Shown one piece after another: positions 16,186 to 30,079 of a stretch of 64,000 bases of DNA (position 1 is its first letter; each line of letters starts with the position of its first letter). A program made the position numbers and the translations under genes. The notes under the pieces were generated by a model. The model had not been told where the DNA came from and ran no database searches. It saw only the letters and a list, made by a program, of their open reading frames with translations. The DNA comes from the human T2T-CHM13v2.0 reference genome, Homo sapiens: assembly GCF_009914755.1 (NCBI RefSeq), contig NC_060926.1; one strand, 5' to 3'.

Positions 16186-16721
16186 TGTGTTAGTCTGGGT
16201 TCTCTAGAGATACAGGACTAATAGGATAAATGTATATATGAAAGGGAGTTTATTAAGGCATATTGGCTCACACAATCACAAGGTAGATTCCCACAGTAGG
16301 CCATCTGCAAGCTGAGGAGCAAAGAAGCCAGTACAAGTCACAAAACCTCAAAAGTAGGGAAGCAGACAGTGCAGCCCTTAGTCTGTAACCAAAGCCCAAG
16401 AGCCCCTGGTAAACCACTGGTTTAGGTGCAGGTCCAAGTGTCCAAAAGCTGAAGAACTTGGAGTCCAATGTTTGAGGGCAGGAAGCATCCAGCTCAAGAG
16501 AAAGATGGAGGCCAGAAGACTCAGTCAGTCTAGTCCTTCCACATTCCTCTGCCTGCTTTTATCCTAGCTGTGCTGGCAGCTAATTAAATGTTGGGTCTGC
16601 CTCTCCCAGTCCACTGACTCAAGTATTAATCTCCTTTGGCAATACCCTCACAGACACACTGAGGAACAATACTTTGCCTCCTTCAATCCAATCAAGTTGA
16701 CACTCAACATTAATCATCACA
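16186..16721 (-). mobile_element. 5' LTR (MLT2A2-type)
   Basis: Homologous to 9791-10330, with a ~19-bp internal deletion near 16590. Confidence 0.9.
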
Positions 16722-17040
16722 CATACCATGCTCATTCTGATGGGGAAGGACAAAAACAAAACAAAAAACACCCACACATACATGAGAAAAATTGCAGATC
16801 ACAATAGGCTCAATGAAGAAAATCAAATAGGGTGGTGTGATAGAAAATAAGGATTAGATTGAAAATGGCCTCAGGAGAAGAGTTGGATTGCCCAAGTAGG
16901 CCTCTCTGAGGCATTGCATTTGAGCTGGATTTTTATGGCGAAAAAGCCAGCTATGTGCAGTTGAGGACAGAGGTTTCCAGGCAGAAGCAGTAGTGAGTGA
17001 AAAAGCCCTACAGTGGTAAGGAGCTATCTGTGTCAGAGAA
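16722..17040 (-). mobile_element. L2 continuation
   Basis: ggcctctctgagg...tttgagctgga...ccagctatgtgcag...ttccaggcagaag L2 motifs. Confidence 0.65.
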
Positions 17041-18081
17041 AATGAGAAAAACTTTAACATGCCATTATTCATAGGGTTAACAAGGGCAAGGCGTTGACCC
17101 AAAGGCATGACATCTGAGCACCACTGCATGTGTGATTAGAAGGTGCCTTAGAAAACCAGTTATTCAAAGGGAGAAGGAGCATGATCACTTCGGTTAGGAC
17201 AGTTTGCTGTGCAGGAGCATTATCATACTGCAAAATGCTTGTCAATACTGTTTACATAGAATACAACCTGAATGGTATTCCTGGTATTATTCCTGGTGTT
17301 ATTCCTGGAAATTCTGCCTGCTTCCCACCGCTAAATGTCAATAGATCCCCCCAGACACCATTTATCGGAAAATACCAACCTCTCCCTCACCAGCATACAC
17401 ACTTTTCTACATGTCAATCAGGGGTGGTAGTGATCTTGATTAGAATGACTGGAACCTTTTCAGTTTACAGATGTGGAAATGGAGGCCCAGTAAAGGAAAG
17501 CAAATAAATGGCACAGCTTGGGTTTTCTTTTCTGACTCAATACCTGGTACTTATTTTACTACAGCACAGCTAGCACCCATATTTTTACCTCCAATCATAG
17601 TTGGTTTTGGCAGATGGAAAGCAAGCAAACCAAAACCACAAAAATGCTGTGTAAAAAGAATATTTTCCTAATATTCCTCTTTGATACATTCAGATTTCTA
17701 TGGATGACATTTTCTTTTAATGGTCTTTATCTGTGTTTTGAGGGAGGGTAAACTTGAAAGCCCGCCTTCTGTTCAATGCTGCCCCAGACAAATAAGTTTG
17801 ATTTAATGCAATAAACATTCTTCCATTGCTCACTGCAGCCGGATGTTGTTTATAATGTTTCATCTGCCAAAGCACATTGTATATTATCATTCAGATGCAA
17901 AATAATTTATGGCTTTAACTCCCTATGCATTTAGATGAGTAAATCACTTGATATTTAGAAGAAATGATTGTTGTTTAATTTTTTGCTTCACTTAACTTTT
18001 TAGATATCAATACAACTTTGACTTCATGTTTGTTTTCGATTAACCTCGCGATTAAACGTAAGAAGAAGTGTGTGCTCTTGG

Positions 18082-18103
18082 GTGTGTGTGTGTGTGTGTG
18101 TGT
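18082..18103. repeat. (GT)n microsatellite
   Basis: Visible run. Confidence 0.95.
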
Positions 18104-19159
18104 AAGCATTGTATGGGGCATCTTTGGGGAGATCTTAAATCATAACAAGTCATCAACTTGTGAGCTTGTGCCTTGTTTTTTGAACAACTAAAAGTCATTC
18201 TGAACAAATTATGTTGAATGAGATGGATAATAAAATTGGATTTTACCATTGTAGGCTATAATAATAATAATAATAATAACCACAAAACATGTTATCTTTT
18301 AAAAGTAATTTAAAAGGAAATTATGCAAAAAAAACCTAACTGATGACAGCATCATAAGAAAAGTGTGAGTTCTTCAGTGTGATACATTTGAAGGAGACAA
18401 TGCTCATTTGTATTTGTACATTCTGTATATTTATTAGGAAATCAATCGTATTAATTTTAGCATGTCATTGACAGACAGATGCATATTTATTTTTGTTTAT
18501 ACATTTATATATTCATTAAGTGTGATAAAGAAATAATAATAATACTAACATTAAGCTTGTATTATGCACCATCACAGTGCTTAGGGCTTTGATGGCATTC
18601 TCATATTGCTTCACAGTGGTAAGAGTATAAATGATGGAATCATAGCTTTATAGTGGCAGAATAGTTTTGATGAATTGAAGCATGTTTGAATCAGGGGCCA
18701 ACTAGAAGGAACAGTAGTATTGATGAAATATAATTTTAATACTGTGAGTTTCATACCAAGACTTAAACTGGTCTGAAAATGTGTGGTCAAGGAGAGCCAT
18801 TTTGACCACCTGCTTGAGTGGATAGGATTTAGTGTGCAATGAACTCCCCAATGGATTGGGGTATATCCAGAGTGCTTGAAGAATGTGTGCCTGTCTTTTC
18901 TATACTTTAGTTTGTTTTATATACCCTCCTAATAGACAGTGAAAAGACAAACCTTGGCTCAGTCATTTTAATTTAGTAACAATTGAGTTCATTTTGTTTA
19001 AAGGCTTATGTAATTTCTTCGCTAATGCAATTTTTAAAATTTCCAATGATTGGCTTTATCTCACATATTTAAAAGATGTGCAAGAAACATCCTATGCTTA
19101 AACATCCTATCAGCACATCCTAAAGTCAGTTTCCCATAGCATAGTTCTTCTGTATGCTA

Positions 19160-19700
19160 GTATATTGGCACTGCTATTTGCTGTGTAATAAATTATCCCA
19201 AAACTCAATGGTTTAAAACAACAGGGTTTATTATCTCCTGGTTCTGTGAGTTGTGAATTCAAGTATGGCTTAGCTGCATCTCTCATGTAAGGTGTCTCAC
19301 AAGGCTGCAAGTCAGCTGGGGCTACAGGAATCTTAAAGCTTCACTCAGAGAAGATCCACTCCAAGTTAATTTGTGTGGTTATTGGCAGGATTTTGTCTCT
19401 TACTGGCTGTTGGCCAGAAGTCACCCTCAGTTCCTTGCCAAATGGGCTGCTCTGTAGGTCAGCTCGCAACATGGTATATAGCTTCATCAGACTGAGCAAG
19501 TCAGAGGGCAAGAGAGGGAGTAGTAACAAGAGGGAAGTCACTGTCTTTTGTAATGTAATCTCAGAAGTGACACCCCATCACTTTTGCCATTCTGTTGATT
19601 AGAAGCTAATTACTAAGTCCAGCCCACACTCAGGAAAAGGAATTGCAAAAAAGCATGAATACCAGGAGGTGGGGATCACTGGGAGACATTTCAGAAACTC
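19160..19700 (-). mobile_element. MLT1 (F/G-type) solo LTR
   Basis: tgctgtgtaataaattatcccaaaactcaatggtttaaaacaaca...gaagtgacaccccatcacttttgccat...ccagcccacactca...ggaggtggggatcactggg. Confidence 0.75.
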
Positions 19701-22603
19701 TCTGTGGCAGGTAGTAATGTTATGAGGGTTTAATGTTCTAAAAGATTGTGAAATGTCAGGTTTATCACAGGACCTTTCAGAGTCTTGAGCATGCTAACTG
19801 CATTGCAAATTGTAAGTGGAAAGGGTCTATGGAATGGAGTGTTTCTCAATCCTGTTTGTTCGGTGAGTCCTTTTTGTTAAAGAGCGGCATGTTAAATGAT
19901 CCTTTCTCAAAACCTTTGGTGAATGGCTGCCTACCATTTTCACTTGACACAGAAGTTACTGAGAATATGAGAGGTGCATTGCCATTGGCTGCAGAACCTG
20001 GGCCAGTGCACTTATCCTGAAGCTGTTAGGTTCTTTGCATCTTATTAGATTGACACATGGTTTATTTATGCCACCATGATCATGATTTCCACTGGGTCAT
20101 CTCTTACATCAGCTGCTGGCAACATAAGCCATATAAGTAAAAAAGAGTGTAAGAGTTGATGTTGAACACATTTATGAAATGTCTGTGAGCCAATTGTTGT
20201 GGAGATTAGCTTCCAGCTGGTGCTCTCCTTTCTCCCTTTGTGGATGGCAAAGCCAGACTGTGGCCAACTCTGCCACTTCTGTCCTTAGTCCAACCCCACC
20301 CCACCCCCATCCCTATGGGAATTGGAAAGCCACCAGTATCCATCATTATCTTCTTCACTCTGGAAATAAAGATGTTGGAGCCTTCATACATCACTCTAAA
20401 AAATTGTCAACTCCTAGAGACACATTGCCTTATTGATTTTACTTTATTTCTCATGTCTCTCCTTTAAAAATGAACAATAAATTGCAGCAGCTCATGTATA
20501 GAAGGACTCCATTGCTATTTAACTTCTTGTTTGGATCTTTAATGGCCCATGTGATTTGTCCTTCTCAGACAGATATCATGGCCTTGATATCACGAACTGT
20601 AGCATGCATGTCTGCATGTCCCTCCCCAGTACAGCAGAGTTCAGTGCCCTGGACACTTTTCTAAATAGGCTCTGGGTGTTTGGTGGATTGAGTAGATTGT
20701 CACGGCAGGTGGGGCATAAGCATGGTTATTATTAGCTCATAGTTAAATGTCAGAACACATTAACAATGTTTGTTTGTATTTTAGCCTGATAATTATTCTT
20801 TTTTCTCATTTCCTGCCACTTGTAAATATTATTTTGCACATTTCCAGTGGGGAGGCCTGGAGAGAAGATTTTGATCGTTCATACCTCTTTGATGCCAAGC
20901 CCACTTCTTTATAGTTCTTATGAGTTAAATTAAATCAGGTTTTTTATTGTGTCTACATCTATGTTTATGTATTTTTGTCTCTCTGCACATCCACACTTTT
21001 TTCTTATTTATGTCTCCTACAATTTCATGAGATAGTCTTTCAGCAAAACAAAAGTCACCAGGAAGTCTCACTAATCAACTCACCAGAAATCTGCAAAAGA
21101 AGGATTCCTGCTGGAATATTGCCTCAGTACTAATCTATGGGTGGTTGATGCATCTAGAACTTACACTGGATAGCATATTAAACACCTTGGTGAATTATGG
21201 TGCTTGCTCCAGCTGCTTTTAAAAAATTATTTATTCATTGATGACTTTTGAAGGTGAGCAGATGTTTCCATTTGCTCATTTTGGTTTATGGCCCATTCTG
21301 CAATTGGTATTGTAGTACACACATTTCTATGTAATATATATCTCATATGGTCCAATGCATTAGAAAAAGAGAGAAACTTATAATAAAAACATGGGATCAC
21401 TGGCAGCAAACAGTATGCCTGGAGCTCGTGGTGACTTCAGCATTATCAGAATGTTGATAGCATTACATCTGTTGTGTCTGAAAAGTGCCAGAAAATGGTG
21501 CTAATTTATAACGTAGGAGGAGGGAGGTGAAGAAAGATATGGTGATGAAAAATAGTACACAGTAGAAGATAGTCAACTAAATAGTAATTTGTTAAGTTTT
21601 ATTCACACTATATAACAAAGTGCTGTCACAGGTTTCTGGTTTGGTTTATAAATCAACTACGTATGTTGCTCATCTATACTTCCCGTGGAAACGGCTATTC
21701 TAAATAGGGCCTTTCCTTTTTTACAGAAAACATGTTTGTATTTCTAAGGGTTGTGTGGTTCAGCCCAAGAACGAGGGCAGTAATAGAATAAAGTAAGGCC
21801 TTGGGCTACCATTGAACTTTACAAGGCAAAGGGCAGAGAATAGGCAGAAAAACAGAGGGAAATTGGAACCAGCAACATCCGTAGAGGAAGAACAGAGAGA
21901 AAGAGGGGCAGATGGTTGGGAATGATAGTGAGAATGATGCTTATAGTTATCACAGATGCCTCTCAATTTTTAAAACCTTGAATGTCTACATCTCTGAGAA
22001 ATTTAAACACTAAAAAAAAAAAAAATGCTTTTTTCTATCCCTCATTTCCACTCCTTTTATCCTCACCTTACAACCATATGTATCTTTTTTTTCTTCCTAA
22101 GATTCCATTGCTAAGGTTGTAGATGTATAGGTTAGACAGAGTATGTTCCCAAGACATCAGAACAAAGTTTACAGGATGTCCTGGTGTAGCCAGAAGGACA
22201 GAGAAGTTTGTACCTGCCTGTGTGGAATGTTTACAAGATCCCGAGTAAAGCCAGTGCCCCCAACCTATTGTTTCTCCATTACTGGCTGCTCTTTGAAGAC
22301 AATATTTTCAAATTTCATCTGTTATTTCAAGGTTTTATCTATGCTAAAATGCATATTGAATATTTGAAGCTGACATCAGTCACATGTATCCTTCTAGTCT
22401 AGAGGGAATGTTTTAGGTTGTCTCATGAGACTGAATTTTGATAAGAAAATGTGAATGTGAAGATCCTTGCAAGGGAGAAAAGTTACAAAATAAGAAGATT
22501 TTTTAGTTTTTCTTTTTCTTTTTAAGCAAATTCCTCTGCCCATTTTGTGACAGTGTTTTAAGACCAGATGGGAGTGTCCCTGGATCCTTTCAGCTGGTGG
22601 CAC

Positions 22604-23081
22604 TGTATGAGTTTTCTATTGCTGCTGTAACAAATTACAACAAACTTAGAGGCTTGAAACAACAAAAATTTATTATCTGATAGTCTGGAGATTAGAAGTC
22701 CAATATGGTCTCAATGGACTAAAATAAAGATGTGGACAGGGCTGCATTCCTTCTTGAGCCTCTAGAAAATCCATTTCCTTGCCTTGTACAACTTCTAGAG
22801 GCCACCCAATTCCTTGGCTCACAGCCCCTTTCCATCTTCAAAGCCTGTGACAGTAAGACAAGTCCTTCTCATACTGTTGTCTATCCTGTTCACAGCAGCT
22901 AGGAAAGGTTCTCCACTATCAAAGACTCATGATTTACATTGGGACCACTTGGATAGTCGAGGTAACCTCCCCGTCTCAAGATCTTTAATTGTGTCTGAAA
23001 AGGTCTTTTTGCCATGTAAGGCAACACATTTGCAGGGTCCTGAGATTAGGATGTGGATATCTTTGGGGGAGTGCCTACCAT
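22604..23081 (-). mobile_element. MLT1D-like solo LTR
   Basis: tgtatgagttttctattgctgctgtaacaaattacaacaaacttag...gattaggatgtggatatctttgggg...ctaccata. Confidence 0.8.
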
Positions 23082-23083
23082 AA

Positions 23084-23446
<363 letters not shown>

Positions 23447-24221
23447 TGGTGGTGTTTTTAATAAGCTGCCTCAGTTAACAAGAGTACTGGGCCTGGTCAG
23501 AAATTTCTGCCAATGCTGAGTGCTGATTCTCTTCTGATATTAATTGAAGTCAGTGTCTTGTCAGCCTCCACTTCTCAACTCTAGCTGAGCTAGCCACAAG
23601 AGAAGTTGGAGTCACATCTTTGATTCCTTCTCCATGCTTACAAAATCTTGTATCCCATTCTTCCCCGCAGCATGGGATCCTGAGACTTTGGCAGCCATCG
23701 TCAAAGTTTGCCCTCCACAGGACAGTAGCATTGAGTTCCTAGTAGCCTTCAGGATCACATTGTCTAAGCCTATTATTTTCCTAAGGGAGCAAAGAGGAGC
23801 TCAGGGAAGGAAAATAAATTAGCAAAGATGTAGAACCTAGACCTACACAGACTTCCAGGCCCATGCCTGGGCCGCCTATGTGGCGTTGTTCCACCTCACA
23901 ATACCAGACTAGAGGTGACTAGACAAGGTCCTCAACCAGTTAAAAAAAAAAACAAAACAAAAACACACACACACACAATAAAACAAAAAAATATTTCCCC
24001 ATAAGAAAATGTTCCAGGTAGAAGTGTAATAATGTCAAATATTTAGGAAACATTTGTACTAACAAGGATAAATCAGAGAGTTTTGTTGTGTGTGTGTTTA
24101 ATCCTCAGTTAATCAGAAGATGTTAAAATGGGAGCATTCCTTCATGAAAAGCATACACTTAACTAAGACTTTGAGGTCAGAGGAAACATGAATGGGGAAA
24201 TCCATGAAAAAAAAATCTAAT

Positions 24222-24311
24222 TACTGATGCCTTTAAGGTCTGGTTTTAGAGATTCAATGTGTGCACACATAGAAACTGAATCTCTAAAACTAGACCTTAA
24301 AGCCATCAGTA
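24222..24311. repeat. 35-bp inverted repeat (33/35 matched) with a 20-nt spacer containing a perfect 14-bp palindrome
   Basis: tactgatgcctttaaggtctggttttagagattca / tgaatctctaaaactagaccttaaagccatcagta; spacer contains atgtgtgcacacat. Confidence 0.95.
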
Positions 24312-24317
24312 TCATGA

Positions 24318-24350
24318 TTAATAGGGGTTAATGAGGTTAACCCCTATTAA
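24318..24350. repeat. Perfect 14-bp inverted repeat, 5-nt loop
   Basis: ttaataggggttaa-tgagg-ttaacccctattaa. Confidence 0.95.
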
Positions 24351-24860
24351 CCTTAACAGGGAAGGCTTTGGTTCAAAAGCCTGAAGGAGACCCAGAGCCA
24401 GCAAATGTGACATGGGGTTTTACTAGGGGCTGATTACAGGGGAGAGAGTCCAGTGGTGGTGGGCTGGAGAGGAAAACCATCTTACCTGCAGAAGTGGTCC
24501 AGTGGTGGCAGGCTGGACCAGATAACCGCATCGCTCAGTGGCAGTGGGCTGGGCAGGAAAACTTCAACCACCTGCAAACAGCATGCGGTTTGTATAGCAT
24601 TTTCAGTTAACACTTTCCCCGTAATGAACTCCACCTGGCAACCTTCATTTACCCCAAAACTCAGGGCCTCAGTCCTCTGTATGGCCCATGTTCCACAGGA
24701 TGGGCCGGGGGTTCAGATGTTTATTATATATAAGAAACAAATCTCAGGGTTGGCCACTCCCAGAATCTGTAGCTCAAAACACACATTGAGGTGCATCTGC
24801 CATACAGGGTTATTCTAAGGGTATGCTGAAATCATTGCTATCAGGTGCATTTACCCTTCT
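24339..24860 (-). mobile_element. ERVL solo LTR (LTR47-like), 3' terminus missing
   Basis: Minus strand begins ...gggtaaatgcacctgatagcaatg...catacccttagaataaccctgtatggcagatgcacct; three internal cagtgg..ggctgg repeats; family from recalled consensus. Confidence 0.7.
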
Positions 24861-26709
24861 ATGTGGCCCCTTGGTTTGACTACTGAGGTCAGTTGCAAAA
24901 GGTAATATCCTGGCTTCTATGGTTTCTGGCCTAAATACAGTCCCATATTAAACTCCTGTTTGAGTATTTTGTGAAGTCTCTTCAACTTAGAATGCCATCT
25001 CTTATGGTTTCTTAATTTCTAAATTATAGGGATTCCTTTTGCAACAGCAATGTCCATCTCTGAGGCAGCTGGCTGTTCAGTCGTTGCTGTTGATTATTCT
25101 TTATCCTATGAGCTGTCCTGGGAGGAGACGAGACAGCTGATTTCCATGATCTGAAGTGCAACTTGTTCCACCGCCTTTAAAATAGGCTGCAGCTGTTCTA
25201 GTGTTTTGACCGCTAGGGTCTTATATGTATGGTGACCTTAAACTTCCTCAGTGAAATGTTCTCTATCATAGTCATATTTTACACTATTCAAAAAGTTAAA
25301 TCAGACAGCATTTTCCTGGACTACTTTGCCAGGAGATGACCACTTTTGTGCTTTCCTTGTCTGAGGAAATTTGCAATTTGCCAATATTTTAAAAGGGAAG
25401 ACAAAGCCATAAGACAGAATAGTAGGAGATATGAAACTAGCTTAGGGAAAAAAACAAACTTTGGTAAGATTTTACTCACACTTCCTATCAGTATTCCAAC
25501 AAACCCCAGCATGAATTAAGTCTTCTCTTCCTTATTGGCTGTCTTTATTTATTATCTCTCTTTCTTCCAAGAAGTATTTATTCAGTACTTGCTGTGTGCC
25601 AGAAGTGGTACTAAGGACTAGTTAAGATGTAATCCCTGCAAATCCTGTCAGGAGATTGACTTCAATTTAGATGAGCAAGTGAGTCTCACTTCTTCCCATT
25701 CAGATGCCCTTTTTCTTCCCTTCTTCACCTTTTTCTTCACTCCTCACTGGTTTCCAACTGGAAATCAAGTAATCTCAGTATATACTCAACTTCAGATGTA
25801 GTCTCTTGAGTCATCTTAAAGTTGAGACTGAGAGAGCAAGTGCTGTTTAGAGAAACTTGAAAATATGAAGAGTAACAAAAAACATTATTTGAGAAGTAAA
25901 AATGCCTAATATATCTCTGTAGGGAAGAGTGAGTTATTACGTATATATTTCAACACTGCAGTGTAAATGATGGTGACTACATGGATACTGATTAAGGCAT
26001 TTCATCTACAAACAGTACTTAGTTCAGTTTACTGAAAACAACTCAGAGTTTAGGGTGTGGTTAAAGATAACCAAACATGGACATCTTTTACTTCTCCAGG
26101 TTTAGACATAAAGCTAAGACATAAGGAAATCCTGATTAATTGGCTAGTCATGACCCATTCTAGAAAGTAGAATTATTCAGAGCATTAGGACCCAGTGAAA
26201 GGTCCTACCATAATTCAAACTGATTAGTGAATTTTCTCTAAAATTATACATTGAAAATATGGGATTTTTCATCTTCAAAAAGAGTTTGAGGTCTGCAGTG
26301 GTGAATATTCATGGAATCACAGAATTGCAGACATAACTTTGGAGGAACTCTGATCTAACCATCTCATTTTCACACTGATAAGGAAAATTATTTATTTTAT
26401 AGATAGGTAGAAGAAATGTTAAACAACTATCAAATGTAATCTAACTACGTACAGGCAAGACTGAAGTTAGAAACTAGGACACCTTTCTTCTAATTCAAAG
26501 TTGTTTTCACTCTATCGCAAGCCTTACCTTAGCCAAAACCACCATACGATTGTCTGTAAAGAAGACTCTATTGCCCAGTGGTCATGATGATTTAACTCCT
26601 TTCTGTTTTCCTTTCTTCTTGATTTCTTGTCTTCCCTTTTAGTATTTATTCATCTTCTCTCTGATTAATGAGAATAGTAAAATAAATCTTAAAATGGGCT
26701 AATCTGTAA

Positions 26710-27007
<298 letters not shown>

Positions 27008-27614
27008 CTAATCTGTAAACTTTTCAAAGAATCCAACTCTTTGTTACCCTCAGAAATATAATCTACTCAGTCATGCATCTACTCAGTCCCACCATACTGA
27101 GAATGATGAAACTACTATGATGCGTATTTTGGGAGTGTGTATAGTGGTGTGTGTGTGTGTGTGAGTGATTGTAAGTGTGTAAGGTGTATACAGGATTGTA
27201 GGTCATTGATGATTGAGGAACTTCATATTGAAATTACTGTCCCTCAATTCTCAGTGACTAACCTTCAGCTTTGTTTTGTTTATATGCTTTCATATTCATA
27301 AAATGAGCAGATTTTTAAAAACCCTTGACCTTTATCTTATAAACCTTAGTGTTTTTAGTAATAATAGTTCATTGGTAACTATCAACTGAATGTTCATTCA
27401 TATCAACCAATGAGAAATATTAGTTCTTAATTATTTCTTGTTCCTTTGTCCCTTTCCACTTACATGTACATCAAGTGTTTGGTGTGATTCATGAGACCAT
27501 GGGCATAGTCTTGGGTTAGTGAAAGGTAAAGTAGGTGTAATAGAAGCAAGCTTGAAATGGCAATCGGTATATTTGGGTTCTGGTCGTGGGAAGTCATTGA
27601 CGATAAAATGTGTC

Positions 27615-27830
27615 TTTTATTGAGCACTTGTGTAAGTCAGGCATGTATGCATTCTCACTGACCTGTGAGATTGGAATTATTCCCTTCTCCATTTTACAGA
27701 TGCAGAAATTGAGGCTGAAAGATAGTAAGTTGCCTTCACAGAACTAATAAGAAAAGAGATGGGATTCATAGATTTTCTGTCTGTAAATCCCAGGCCAGCA
27801 TCTCTGCTGGGCAGTGCTGCTTTCTTGCTC
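27615..27830 (-). mobile_element. MIR SINE
   Basis: ttattgagcact...ccattttacagatgcagaaattgaggct core. Confidence 0.75.
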
Positions 27831-29011
27831 TGTGTTTTTAGAAAAATCACTTGGCTTTTCTGGGTCTTGGGTTTTCTCATTAATCAATTGGTGGTTTGAG
27901 CTCTTATCATGTGTAACATTCCTTAGAGCTCCAGGAATTAGAGAAGGTCATTTTCTTTTCCTCCTCCACCTCTCACCCCTTTGACATTTACTTTTCCCAT
28001 ATCCAGCTGTTAATCATTAAAAATGAAGATGATACTGAAAGTCATGTCTGGCCATGAGGACAGGATCTGAATGTTTTCATTCTGACCTCTAAATCAGTCT
28101 GCATATCTTGCCTGTAAAACAAAATCAAAAGGTGTGGTGGGGAGGGACCAGGGACTTTAATTATATTTTTAAACAATGGATTTCCATTAAAATTGTATTA
28201 TTCTACACCTCTGGAAAATTACATTGTAGATGAGATAAATGCAGCTTGGCATTTAAATTAAGGTTATCTTTAGACTGGTAATCTCATTTGCTGTTTAGCA
28301 ATTTTAATTCAAGTCAAGGCAGTGTAATTAGTGCCCTCAGCCAATTGCCATTTCTCACCGCTTTGTAGCTGTATTTACTACTGTTAAGACACATTCTATT
28401 TGTGTGGAAAGTATAAGTCAACATACTAAATTATTAAAGGTGGCATACATCAGGAAATACTCCCTGCACATGCTGATGCTTCAGATTAGGAGGCTTTAAG
28501 CCGTCATGCCAAGAGAGCAGTGATACCGTGGATGGTAAATGCAGGACATCACCATTTTTTAAATACAGAGAAATTAATGTGAGATGTTCTTAGGGCAACT
28601 ATACTAAGTTTAGCAGTGCTTCAACATGTTTTCAATTTGAGACAAGCTTAGCATAATTTAACTTCAAAATTATATTTTACATGATGTGATAGTTTTTTTT
28701 TTTACACTAAGGTATGCAGGTGTGTGGTGGGGGATAGGGAGTGATGTGTGGGTGTATGACTCAATGTCTGTATATATAGTTTCTATTATAGCTTAAAACC
28801 AGACCCAGGCAAATATCTCTAGGTAGTAAAAAAAGATTAGGTAATAAGGAGTTCTATTATACCCTTGAGGAGACAGGCGATTTTTTATTTATTTGAGGAA
28901 AAATACCCGTGTGTCACTATACATACTTATTAATATTAATTATATAAATTAATTCTATTAATATATTATATATTTGCAATTGATGAATCATGCTATATAC
29001 ATCTGTGTTTT

Positions 29012-29071
29012 TGTGTGTGTATATACATTTATGTATGTGTGTGTGTGTATGTGTGTATATATATACACACA
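29012..29071. repeat. Interrupted (TG)n/(TA)n/(CA)n microsatellite
   Basis: Visible. Confidence 0.85.
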
Positions 29072-29997
29072 GGCTTTATTTGACTTTAGATTCCTGCTTT
29101 GAAGAACAAGCGATATTCAGAATTCAAATTCAAACATAAATTCAAACCTTTTCTTCCTTCTGCCTAATAATGGCTTTAATGAAAAAAATCTATAATTTAG
29201 TTTGCTTCGTGTATTTTAATTTCCTTGAGAACAAGAGCTTTATCTAGTTTTCATTCCTTGCAGCAACTAGCGGACCTTTACTTAAAGACTCTTAGTAAAT
29301 GTTTGTTGAACTCAATTATGTAAAGGAACAGTTGACTGTTCTTGATGACAGCTTTCTAATGTATGAGTATTCTCTTGGTTTTATAGTCTATATATTGAAT
29401 TCCGTATGCCTGCCTCTTTTCTGTACTCCAATAGGACTATAAGCATGTTTACAGACAGACAAATCTGTTGCCCATTTGAAGAAAAGTATACCACTCAGAA
29501 CATTTCTGGAGAAATATTAGCATTGTAAATTTGATTTTCATGCCTGGGGAAAAAAAATCAAACTGCACAGAGAACATATTCATGTGATATTTTGGTTTGT
29601 GAATCTTGATTTAACATATTTGAAAGGTAAAATAAACAATTCCATGTGAGCAAGAATAGAACTGTTTATTTTGACAAATCGAGTCCAAGTTTACAATCTT
29701 AGTCCTCACTCCAATCTTAATCCTTAGTCCTTCTGATTGACCCTTAATGACTTCTAGAGATAATCGGATTTAATCATCCATCCAAGCCCATGGTGGAAAA
29801 CCAAAACATCTTTTTTTTTTTTTTTTTTAGAATAGAAGCAATATGATTTAGGACATTAAAAATGCAAAGCAATTCAGAAAGATTCTTGCTTTTGAAAACA
29901 AACAAGTAGAAAACCTATGTGTTTTTGCTTCCTGATATTCATGGAATGACATGAAAGACATTGCTCATTATCTTGCTAGCCACTTGATATTGCATAT

Positions 29998-30079
29998 GCC
30001 AGATGCAGTGGCTCACACCTGTAATCCCAGAATTTTGGGAGGTGAGGCAGGAGGATCACTTGAGGGCAAGAAATTGAGA
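29998..30079 (+). mobile_element. AluJ/FLAM left-arm 5' fragment
   Basis: gccagatgcagtggctcacacctgtaatcccag...ggaggatcacttgag; stops without a tail. Confidence 0.8.

Noticed and set aside
17145-17400. Possible MER3/MER20-like DNA transposon relic with a short attcctgg repeat
   Set aside because: Similarity too weak to assign by eye
24452-24570. Three spaced cagtgg..ggctgg repeats superficially like a repeat-spacer array
   Set aside because: Degenerate internal repeats of the LTR; eukaryotic context, no cas genes, not CRISPR
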